DNA of 64,000 nt from Callorhinchus milii. Its lineage: Eukaryota. Each line of letters begins with the position of its first letter. Position 1 is the stretch's first letter. Made by a program: the position numbers and the translations under genes. The stretch is from positions 103,108,001 through 103,172,000 of the forward strand of contig NW_024704743.1 in assembly GCF_018977255.1 (NCBI RefSeq). Direction: 5' to 3'. The notes beneath the pieces were generated by a model. It saw only the letters and a program-made list of their open reading frames with translations. It was not told where the DNA came from and ran no database searches. Shown piece by piece: positions 12,693 to 24,179 of this stretch.

Positions 12693-13012
12693 GGAGTCCT
12701 GTAGCTCAGTGGTTAGAGCACTCGCTTTGCAAGCGAGAGACCTGAGTTCAATTCCAGGCAGGTCAGGGCGAAACCTTGGGCAAGTTTCCTTACTCCACAC
12801 GCCTAATAATAATCCCTCCAAAACCAAAAACAATAATAAATTGGTCATTTTCAATCTATGACTGTTTGTGGGACATTGCTGTGCGCAATTGGCTGCCTCG
12901 TTCGCCCACAAATATACAGTCAACTCACTTTACAGTATATTCTGTGAAGCGCTTTGGGACGTCCTCCCGACGTGAAAAGCGCTATATCAAATGCAAGGAT
13001 TATTATTATTAT
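12693..13012 (+). mobile_element. SINE family A, short variant, young copy
   Basis: Intact A/B boxes, ctcgc-tttgcaa-gcgag anticodon arm, CTCCC-loop tail hairpin and (TTA)n. Confidence 0.95.
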
Positions 13013-13065
13013 ATAAAGATAATAATTGAACTGCAAAACTAAATGTGAATATAGATAACCAACAA

Positions 13066-14216
13066 TTTGTCAAAGTACCACATAAGAGACTTAGAAACAA
13101 AATAGAAGCCCATGGTATTAAAGAGACTGTGGCAACATGGATCCAGAACTGACTAGGAGACAGAAAGCAGAGAGTGGTAGTAAACAGTTGCTTTTCTGAC
13201 TGGAAGGAGGTGTGTAGTGGTGTCCCTCAGCGGTTGGTATTGGGACCACTGCTCTTTCTGATCTATATTAATGATCTGGACCTGGATATAGGGAGCACAA
13301 TTTCCAAATTTATAGACAATACTAAGCTAGGAAAAGTAGTTAATGGTGAAGAGGATAGCACTAGACTCCAAGAGGACTTCGACAGATTGGTAAAATGGGC
13401 AGAAACATGGCAGATGAGATTTAATATGGAGAAATGCGAAGTGTTGCATTTTGGTAGGAAGAATGAGGAGAGGCAGTATAAGCTGATGGTACAATCTTAA
13501 AGGGGGCAAATGAACAGAGGGACCTGGGGGTCCACGTAAGCAAATCTCTGAAGGTGGCAGGACAGGTAGATTATGCTGCTAAAAAAGCATACGGGATACT
13601 AGGTTTTATAAATAGGGGCATAGAATTCAAAAGTCAGGAGATTATGTTGAATATTTATAAAATGCTGGTTAGGCCTCAGTTGGAGTACTGCGTTCAGTTC
13701 TGGGAACCGCACTTTAGGAAAAATGTTAGAGCATTGGAGAGGGTGCAAAGGAGGTTTACCAGGATGGTACCAGGAATGAAGGACCTTAGTTATGAGAAGA
13801 GATTAGTGAAACTAGGATTATTCTCCCTAGAGCAGAGAAGATTAAGAGGGGATTTAATAGAGGTTTTCAAGATCATGAGAGGATTTGATAGGTTGAACCA
13901 GGAAAAACTGGCATGTGGGCCAGTAACCTGAGGACACCAATTTAAGATAGTTGCTAAAAGGAAACAGAGGGGAGGTTAGGAAAAATGTTTTCACCCAATG
14001 AGTTGTTTGGATCTGGAATGCATTACCTGAAAGGGTAGTGGAAGCTGATTCAACAACAACTTTTAAGAGAGAAGTAGATGGGTATTTGGGGAGGACAGGA
14101 TTGCAGAGCTATGGAGAGAAAGCAGGCCAGTGGGATTGAGTTGGATTGTTCTTTTAGGAGCCGATGCAGAAACGATGGACTGAATGGCCTCTTTCTGTGC
14201 TGTATAATTCTATGAA
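13066..14216 (+). mobile_element. CR1 LINE, 5'-truncated, disrupted ORF2 (RT C-terminal half) plus 3'UTR
   Basis: KVPHKRL...SGVPQRLVLGPLLFLIYINDLD...KFIDNTKL...LVRPQLEYCVQFW...RLRGDLIEVFKIM. Frameshift near 13490; ends ctgtgctgtataattctatga. Confidence 0.95.
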
Positions 14217-17200
14217 TTCCTTATGGCAAAGATTTTACAGCAGTGAAATATTGAGAGCTTCTGTCTTTCCTTTTGCTATACAGGACATCTCACTGGATTT
14301 GTTTTAGTGCTTGTAGATTTAGTGTGTTACTCTCCTTGGTGATATTTCTTCAACTCACTGTCATTCTGAAGTCATCTGGTTATCTGTAAATATGGATTGC
14401 ACTTTGATTTAATGTATAACACAGATTTATTACTATTGTTTGCAGGGGTGGTTTTGTTGTTGCTTTGGTAAATTTCTGCAAAGATATCACCATCAATTTC
14501 TGGTAAGTAGAGACACATGCCTGTTATGATTATTAATAAATATTTATAATAATTATTAGGAATAATAATCCTCAAAGGGCTTTGCAGGATTCACTTAATT
14601 TTTCTCTGTTAAGTGTTGGTGAACTATATTGACATTTAACACACACATTTGGTTCAAAATAATAAATATAGATCTCAGCAAGAAAATGAAAAATAAAAGC
14701 TGGAATTGTTCATGTAATACAACTGTAGCAGATATGCCTTATATTTTGCTCTGAGTGACAGATAAATTTTCTTGGTTGCAATTTTGAATATTTTGCCCTC
14801 TGATACCTGGATGCTTTCAGCATGTAAATGTTCACATGGCTGGTCAAATCTCACTGCTCGACTTATTTTTACAGCTAACGCCAATGGAGATAAAGCAAAT
14901 CTGTCCTGGTAAGTGAAATTGTTTTCAATCCCTTTTCTGGCTTGTCATGGTAATTCATTTGAGGTTTGTCATTCTAGTTCAGGAGCAACTACTCCTCCTG
15001 AAGTAGTTCAGAAGGAACCACTGAACTAGTTCAATAGTTCCTCTGAGCGAGACCAACAGCAAGTGCTAACACTTGAGCAGTTGTCAGTGTAAGACATTGA
15101 TATTCCTGGAAGTTATTGTTATCATTAGGTACAAATTCATTCAGAACTTCAGCAGCAATGTATTCTCCCTTATGTGCAGAACCCAAGTCTGAGTATTTAC
15201 TAAAGGATATATGTTAGCATCAATGTGCAGTTGTTTTCTGACAAGTGGAACAAAGACCCATTTACTAAGTTCTGCTTAGCACAGTTGTTCAGTAAATGGC
15301 AGATTAGAGTTCAAGATCTAATCCTGCTATGCTTTATAATAAAATAATCTTTGTATTTGATATGGTGCCTAATCAAGTCATTGAGATGTCTCAAAGTGCT
15401 TCACAGGATATAGTGTAAGTGGATGGACTGTGTATGTTATGGGCAAACCACAACAGGTACTTTGCACACACATTAAGCACTCTTAGTCAAAATCTGCACT
15501 AGAATGAATAATTTAGAACATAACATGATGGCATTCAAGATTAAATAGTTATATAGCTTCCAGATATAATTTTGTTATAAAATTGTGTAAACTGGTAGCT
15601 ATTTATACATCACAAATTCACTATATCATAGCTTCAAAAAAAAGCTAATTTTAACCTCTGGTGTTGGTTATTATTGGTTGTTTTGCAGAGGTAGAAGAAA
15701 TTTTCTGTGGACAGTCAACAACATCCACACTCAGTAATACATTGCCCTTCACATAGGATGAACGCCTCAAAGTGCTTCACAAAACTAACTGTCATGAAGC
15801 AACTCTCGTTATTTCCAAGAGACTCCCATGAGAATTAGCTGTGACAAGGAAAAGAAAACACACAGTGCCCTAATGTGCAGCAAAATATTGATTTGACATT
15901 TTCAAATCCATTTCCAACAATGAAATGTCAGTATTTAAAATGTTCCTTTGAATAAAACATGCTTCTTTGCAGTTTCTTTGCCTGATTTCCCATGCACCAA
16001 ACCATGTAAAACTTAGAGTGGTTGTAAAATCCATCAAGAAACATTTGTGNAAAAAAATGTGATATATCCACATAAAGAAAGACAGTTCTATTGTATTGCT
16101 AACATTTAAATCGAAGACAGAGTAAGGACTCTTCCAGGTTTGAGATATGTTAAACAACACAACTTACTTGGGATTGCTTCCTCACTCATGTGCAATTAGC
16201 ATGTGCAAATATTTGATCCAATCAGTATTCAGATCACAATATGCATACATGTAACATGTTCTTGGATGTCTTGCAGCTTCTTCCTTGCCAATGAAGTTTG
16301 ACATGGATGACTATTTAAAACCTATAATAAACCAATCCAATACATACTCAGAGCTGATGTGCATGTTTCTTATAGGGATGAGCAATGGATCCAAGAGAAC
16401 CCAATTTCAACTCAGCCCATTTTAGTCTTAATCTGCCTCGGTTTTTTAAAAAAAATGTTGCTGTGTTTTTTTGGGGGAAAAATCTCCCCTTAAATCTCAT
16501 TTCCTGAGAACAGTATGATTCATACAAAAGTGTAGTTCCACAAGCAGCAGCAGCTCGCCAGTGCAGTGCCTGAGTGACCTTTCTTCAGGTATGTCCCTGG
16601 GCAGCAAGAGTTCTTAACAGGAAAGTATTATATTTCACCCCAAGCCACATATTTGCACACTTTCCACCAGAGGTCACTAAGTTAGAGAGAATTTTGGTAC
16701 ATTGAGCCATTTCTCTGCAGAGTAGTAGGATATCTCCTTGATTAAACATTTCCTGGCCTAATGAATCTCTGATCCCAGTAGGATATTTAGCAAAGTTAGT
16801 CAAGGAAGGGACACGTTTCTTTCAAGACAAGGCAGCAAACTTGCATTAACCAAAAACATTCTTGTAAACCTCTGCCAATAATGGTCATCCGACACATTTT
16901 TGGCAGAAGTTAATGATCAGATGAACTCTCTAGGTAAAGAGTAATAACTTCTCTGGAGGAGCTGGGAATTAAAATCAGGCAGAACCAAAGGGAAGAGAAG
17001 TTCAAAACCAACATTTTTTCAATGAAAATAAAAAATGACTTTTCTTCTTTTGCTTGTTAATTGTTCATCATAATATAAAATTAACATGATAATTCAGGGT
17101 ATTTATACTTACTAATAATATTTATTCACATCAGTTCACCAGCAAACAGGAAATAGGTAACAGGGGCCCTGATAGTTAAATGGAGTGTGCATGAAATTCT

Positions 17201-17974
17201 ATAAGGATGTACAAATTTGTGGTATTTCTTAGCAAGATTCCAGCATAACAAAAGCGTTAAAATTCCTGTGCTCAAGAAGTAAAGTGCAGCCCCATTATAG
17301 CGCACTTTAGAGCATAAATTCACTGATGATATGGTTGCATTGTGGACTGACGGCATCTATTGTGCTTCTTGCTCTAAAATAAGGCCAATTCTGGGTCATC
17401 AGAACACCACTGATATCACTCTCATTTCCTGCATTGCAAAGCAGGATATGACAACACTATGAACCGGAAATCAGCTAGTTAGTTTCGGAGCAGGAAGCCA
17501 AATTAGCCAACGTCTTGGTTGTTTGGAGCCTTCCAACACAACTTACTGCTTTGTGAATGCACAACGAAGCTGGAATTCACAAGTAACCAATAATCCAGAA
17601 CTCAGGCATTTAGCTCAAAAAGCCAGCCAGTGCACAGGAAGCATGTAGGACTAATGTGCAACAGTAGAGAACAGTGCAACTGCATTATGTGCAAACTTGT
17701 ACTGTAGAGAAGGGAGTTAAGCAGGGCTGCTCTGTGTGTAGCTGAGTGAACTACAGGCCATGATTTGATGACCAGTTCTCAGTTTAAACACGTGTTTTAG
17801 TTATACTCTAACAGAATACACAATTGTGCAAATGAAAAAACTCCAAATGACAAATTTCAATTGTTTATGAAGCAAGCACACATTCTATACTTTGTCAGAT
17901 AAAAAATATTTGTTAACGCTAAATTGGCAAAAGGAGTGCACAGCTTGTCAAACTGTACCAGGGAGATGGATCAG

Positions 17975-18302
17975 GTGGACATGACAGCAGAAGAAGAGAT
18001 CAGAGTGATATAAATACATTTAAGATAAAAAGGGGGGAGATAATCAATAAGCTAACCAAACTCAGGAAGGACTAAACCCCTGGTCCGGATGGATTCTATC
18101 CGCATATATTAAATCAATCTAAGGAAGAGATAGAAGAGCCACTATTACACATATATATATATATAATTCATTACAAAAGGCAGTAGTGCCAGAGGACTGG
18201 AAGATAGCTAATATTATACCTATATTTAAAATGGAAGATAGAACAAGCTCAGGGAACTATAGACCTGTCAGCTTAGCATCGGTGGTAGGAAAGATAATGG
18301 AA
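17975..18302 (+). mobile_element. Internal CR1 ORF2 fragment (start of RT region), no 3' end
   Basis: Reads TPGPDGFYPHIL..SKEEIEEPLLHI..VVPEDWKIANIIPIFK..GNYRPVSLASVVGKIME with disruptions. Confidence 0.85.
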
Positions 18303-19151
18303 GCTGAAGTTTCCTAGAGTTACCAATAGCCTAAATATGGAAGATCTAGATTGTGCCAAACTCAAACATCACAAATAATCATGGCAAAAATCACTTAATA
18401 CAAAACAACATTGGATTAGTTATATTTCAGATATTGGGGATTAATAGCTAGCAATCTCCAATGGGACAGCAAAATAAGTATACAGGAAATGCATCATGAT
18501 AAGCTGCAGGAGCTCTGCACCTACACAATTTATCTGAACAGCAAATTTCCCGCGAGTCAGCATGAAGTACTTCCCTCATTTAGATTCCTTATCAAACTAT
18601 CCCATTAGGTATGATTTCAAAATAGACCCCAATAGAAAGTAAACACAGGGTATGTGTGAGAATTATGAATGAACTATAGCAGCTGGGCATAACAGACAAA
18701 AAACACTTCTTACTCAACACTGATGAACAAATGTGCATAACATAAATGTATTTACATTATAGTTTTGCTGATACAGATCAGCTAATCAGATGCTGACCTG
18801 GTAGAATGACAAGCTAATTAAAATCTAGTTTCCAGTGCAATATCCATGATTTAATATTTCGATCAAGGTATTTGGTTCAATTATTACTGATTAATTAATA
18901 CTTTACAGTCCATCAACTTACTGATGAACTGATGTATCAACAGTTTAGTAAAAATACTATGTTCTGCACACTGAGATGTTGTAAATCCATAATTCCAGAG
19001 AGCATCAAGCATGATAATTAGAGATGCCAAGTCACTAAATAGTTTCCATATTCACTTATTCACTTTTATTTGAACAATATTCACTGATATACAATAATCT
19101 TCTGAAATTAAGGAAAAAATATCCTTTAGAAATAGAAAAACAATTTACTTA

Positions 19152-19457
<306 letters not shown>

Positions 19458-19942
19458 CTATTTTAGCTCAAATTCTGATGTCGTATTTTCTGGTCCCAGA
19501 ACATGATGATATTAGTATGATATTAGGTGCTGTTGTGGCAATCTGGCTAATGGATTCTCAATCGGTTCATCTAGCATTTGTTGGTTAAAATAATTGTCAT
19601 TAATATTGGTGTTGTTAATGGCTCATTATTCACAGGAGTGGAAATCAGAGTGAGGGAAGAACACAGTTGCTTTATAACTGCAATATGTTGTCCTTTCAAT
19701 GCATTTTTACATTCTCCATGTTTTACCATTACTGGAAGAGCTGCAGCTCCATGTCTGATGACAGCACGTTTTATATTCTGCTACACTGACTGATGAGTTA
19801 CATTGAATCTGTAATACAGTATGAAACTTTTTATGAAATCTAATTTTTATAGAAGTATAGTGCAAAAAGAAGCCATTTGATCCAAGGCTGACGTCTGTCA
19901 AGTAGTCTAATCTCTATATATGTCCCTAATGCTCCTTAAGAA

Positions 19943-21543
19943 CATATAAGAACATAAGAATTAGGAGCAGGAGTAGGCCATTCGGCCCCTCGAGCCTGCC
20001 CCACCATTCGATAAGATCACGGCCGATCTTCTGACCTAACACTAATTACCTGCGCTATCCCCATATCCCCTAATCCCTCTATTTTTTAAAAATCTATCAG
20101 TCTCAGCCTTGAAGATGTTCAAGGACTGAGCATCTATAGCCTTCTGCCTCTGAGTGAAGAAATGTTTCCTCAACTCTGTTCTAAAAGGTTGACCCTTAAT
20201 TTTAAGACTGTGAACCCTAGTTATAGATTCTCCTACCAGGGGAAACAGTCCCTCAGTGTCTACTTTATCCAGCCCTTTAAGAATCTTATATGTTTCAATA
20301 AGATCTCTCCTAATTCTTCTGTACTCTAGAGAATATAGCCCTAGTTTATTTAACCTATCCTCATAGGTCAGTCCCCTCATCCCAGGAACTAACCGAGTGA
20401 ATCTACGCTGCACCCCCTCTAGGGCAAGTATGTTCTTTTTTAAATAAGGTGACCAAAACTGCACACAATACTCTAGGTGCTGTCTCACCAAGGCCCTATA
20501 CAGTTGCAGCAAGACTTCCCAACTCTTGTACTCTAAACCTTTTGCAATGAACGCTAACATGCCGTTCACCTTCTTAGTTGCTTGCTGCACCTGCAAACTA
20601 ACTTTTTGAGACTGGTGTACAAGGACACCCAAATCCCTCTGAACACTAACACTATCTAATCTCTCCCCCTATAGAAAATAATCTGTTTTTCTATTTTTAC
20701 TACCTAGGTGAATAACTTCACACTTCCCCACATTAAATTTCATCTGCCACTCTACTCGCCCACTCCCCTAGCCTATCTGTATCCCGTTGCAATCTTTTTG
20801 CATCATTTTCAGAGCTTACTCTCCCAAATAGTTTAGTGTCATCTGCAAATTTAGATATGTTACATTCAATGTCCTCATCTAGATCATTGATGTAAATTGT
20901 AAATAGCTGAGGCCCAAGCACTGATCCTTGTGGCACTCCACTAGTCACATCCTGCCAATTCGAGAATGACCCGTTTATCCCTACTCTCTGTTTTCTACCC
21001 GTTAGCCACTCTTCAATCCATGCTAATATGTTCCCATTAATCCCATGGGCCTTAACCTTGTGCAATAGCCTTTTGTGTGGCACTTTGTCAAATGCCTTTT
21101 TAAAATCTAAATATACTACATCTACTGGTTCCCCCCTATCTAACCTGCTAGATACATTTTCAAAAAACTCTAAAAGATTAGTTAAGCATGACTTCCCTTT
21201 TGTAAAGCCATGTTGACTCTGCCTAATCTTGTTATGGTCTTCCAGGAATCCCATAACGACATCTTTAATTAAGGACTCAAGAATTTTCCCTACCACTGAT
21301 GTTAGACTAACTGGTCTATAGATCCCCATCTTTTCTCTCCCACCCTTCTTAAATAATGGTGTTACGATTGCAATCTTCGAATCAATGGGAACCGTTCCAG
21401 AATCCAGAGAATTTGGGAAGATCAAAGACAAGCCATCCACTATCTCAGTAACCACCTCTTTTAAAACCCTAGGATGTAGGCCATCAGATCCAGGGGATTT
21501 ATCAGCTTTAAGATCTGACAATTTACCTAAAACCATTTATTTA
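19943..21543 (-). mobile_element. CR1 LINE, 5'-truncated (~1.6 kb), RT domain with frameshift and small deletion
   Basis: [15 protein letters not shown]...YRPVSLTS...[13 protein letters not shown]...[10 protein letters not shown]...[16 protein letters not shown]-type tail; TSD CTTAAGAA (19935-19942 / 21544-21551). Confidence 0.96.
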
Positions 21544-22409
21544 CTTAAGAAAATACTAGACGAGAAAAAGCCCAAGGTCCATCTCGCCTTCCACCTTCCT
21601 GGCTGTCGCATGCATATATGTCCCAAAATACCTAAACACCTTTCTCATGTTTCTTTACTATTATCCCAGTTACAATTGTAGCATACATTTGCAAAATGTT
21701 AAGATAAATCCTAAGTCAAAATAAAATTGATCATTCACTTCATGGCTGTTCGTGGGGACATGGCTTTGTGCAAATTAGCTACTGTGTTCAACTACAGAAT
21801 ATCCAGTGACGTGATTTGAAATGTCCTCAACGTAAATAAAAGGTTATTGATACAGATTTCAAACGGCCACAGTTTTATTCTATTTAACAAATAACATTCA
21901 GAAAGTTCCTGTAGCATTTTCAAAGTTACAGTGCCATTGTTTCACCATTATCTTTTACTTCCCATACATCATTCTCTAATTAAGCAACACGATTCATGTA
22001 ATGATGTTTCATTCTCTTTATCTGTATTTTATAATTAATGTCAATTCATCAACTCAATAGATATGAACCTGAGGAGTTCCTTTAATTAATAATAAATTAT
22101 GTTTGAAATCAAAATCCTTTATGTGATGCAGATTATTACAAAGCCAAAAGAATGAATTATCATATTATTACTGACAAAATAAAGTGCACATATTAATCAA
22201 ACTAACACAACATACGAGACTAAGGTATCAAGTTATCCTAAATGACATAAAAGCAATACATCAGTAGCAGGGCTTATCCTGTACAAATTCCATTTCTCCA
22301 CAGCACAATAATCTGACCTTCAGGAGAAGAAAATGATCTACTGACAAATCATTCCTAGAAGTATGGAAATCATGAGAGATAAAATTCTAATTCACAAGTG
22401 GAATCAAGA

Positions 22410-22960
22410 CTAGATGGTGGGTTCAAGCCCCTCGTCATGAACTTTGAGTTCACTTTGATCAGTCTAAGCTGATGCTTAGATGCTTAACAATAACAAGAAA
22501 TTGCATCTAAATAGCGCCATTCACATTAGGAGGACATACCAAAGTGTTGAACAGTGAAGGGTTTGCACTAAAGCTGGTGGTTGGATATTTTATTAAACAT
22601 TGTTATGTACAAATTGTATTATATTTATAAGTGTATATTTATGCTTGACAGGGGAGTGCTGGGGACATGCTGCGTGTTGTTGGAGGTACCATCCTTTGGA
22701 TGAGACATTAAACTGAGGTCCCGTCTTCCCATTTAAGTGAACATTAAAGATGCCGTGGCACTCTTCAAAAAGAGAAGGAAGTTTCTCCCACAGTCCTGGG
22801 CAATGATCCTTCATGTCATTATCTGAGATATTGCTGTGTGCAAATTGGTTGCTGCATTGCCTATAAAATACACATGTCACTGGACTTCACAGTGAAATCC
22901 TGTGAAGCCCTTTTGATATTTTCTCTGACATTGAAGGCACTATATCAAATTCAGGGATTT
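22410..22960 (+). mobile_element. SINE family S, degraded, with an antisense L2-type tail inserted at 22486-22640
   Basis: gggttcaagcccc head remnant and cattaaagatgccgtggcactc body. The insert begins aacaataacaag...gcgccattcacattaggagg and is flanked by ATGCTT (22480-22485 / 22641-22646). Confidence 0.75.
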
Positions 22961-24179
22961 TGTTTTCAATTAACCTTTATTACTAAAATGTTAAACGGAT
23001 TATAACATGTGGGTGTAAAGCATACCTGTTCTTCATGAACAGTTCCTCAGTTCCAAACATTTGGTGTCATATTAAAGTCATGCTAGTGTAAAGTCAGTAA
23101 CACAATTTGATAAGTATTTTCATTAATTGTGCGTTGTAGCATTCACACTCACTGGTCTTAGATTCAGAAAGATATTTAAAATATTGGTTCTATCGACCTT
23201 GTAAATTTGTTTCCAAAGTGAGTTATTTTATGGAGAAATACTACTTGCTGAAATGAATTTTTTTCTAACTTATTGAATTAGTCTTTAATTTTAACCAAAG
23301 CATTTAATTTTCAGTGGGTTCAGTTTGGCTTGACAAGTAGAATAGATTCAGACAGCATGACCTTTTCAAACATTTTTTCTGCTTATTCCACTTTGATTTA
23401 TTTGATGAAGATTATATTTTTTTGTAAAATGTGTGGGAAATAAACCCTCATCTTATTTGGCAAGAACAACATTGTCTTAATAGTCTTCCGATTGAGAATG
23501 ATATTTGAAATATCAAAGAAATTCCTGGAGTTATGGTTCAGAAATTATTGGAAATTCCATATCTGTTCTTCAATAAGCTTTTCTAACAGAGGGGTCTGAG
23601 GTTATCTGGGATAGGATTTTAATAGAATGTATGGCAGGAGAAAGGCTATTGATCAATTCAACCTTGGGAATTAAGTCTCTGATTCCACACTGTCAACAGA
23701 GACCAAAGTGTTTCTCAGCACTACTGTACGTTTTGGACCGCACATTTATATTTGGCAAGAGTTCTACACACCATCAATCTGCTGAGGAAGTCTTGATGCA
23801 ATCAGTTGCTGCTTGCAATTTGTACCCTTTGAGCTAGTCGTGTTGTATAATTATTGGATTCTGTTTCATATTCTGTATATCAAGTGGCATTTTGCAGATT
23901 CAATGGAGTCGAATTTATGGTATTTCTTAATAAAAAGAATTTAGAAGTCTAGATCTTCATAATCAATGTAGATTCTCTCTTTTGCATCATAATACATCAA
24001 CAACATTTTAGATTTGTAAAACAGCTTTCCTATTGGGAGGGCACCTCAAAGGACTTCACCCAGCTGACTGGGAGCCTGAGCATGGGTAATGGGGGTTGGG
24101 AGGGGGAGAATAGGAGGAGAGAGAGAGAAGGTAGCCAACAACAACAACAAGATTACATTTGTATAGTGCCTTTCACGTC

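Noticed and set aside
12693..12770. tRNA-Ala(TGC) genes (also at 9443, 45005, 46474)
   Set aside because: The cloverleaf-like heads run directly into a common SINE body and tail and occur as dispersed, diverged copies; they are SINE heads.
14974..15029. Nested short hairpin (ctagttcag...ctgaactag around aactact...agtagtt)
   Set aside because: Stems of 9 and 7 bp in low-complexity agttc-rich sequence are expected by chance in 64 kb.
16050..16050. Single N base
   Set aside because: Assembly ambiguity beside an A run; no biological meaning.
19840..19912. Extra CUB-like exon (RLDYLTDVSLGSNGFFLHYTS) upstream of the CSMD3 exon
   Set aside because: It has an in-frame stop just upstream, no convincing donor and the wrong position (a Sushi exon is expected). 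The DNA looks like a decayed CR1 3'UTR.
20042..21536. Functional or domesticated reverse transcriptase gene (also 24336-26604)
   Set aside because: 5'-truncated with no endonuclease domain, and broken by a frameshift or nested insertion; ordinary dead LINE copies with TSDs.
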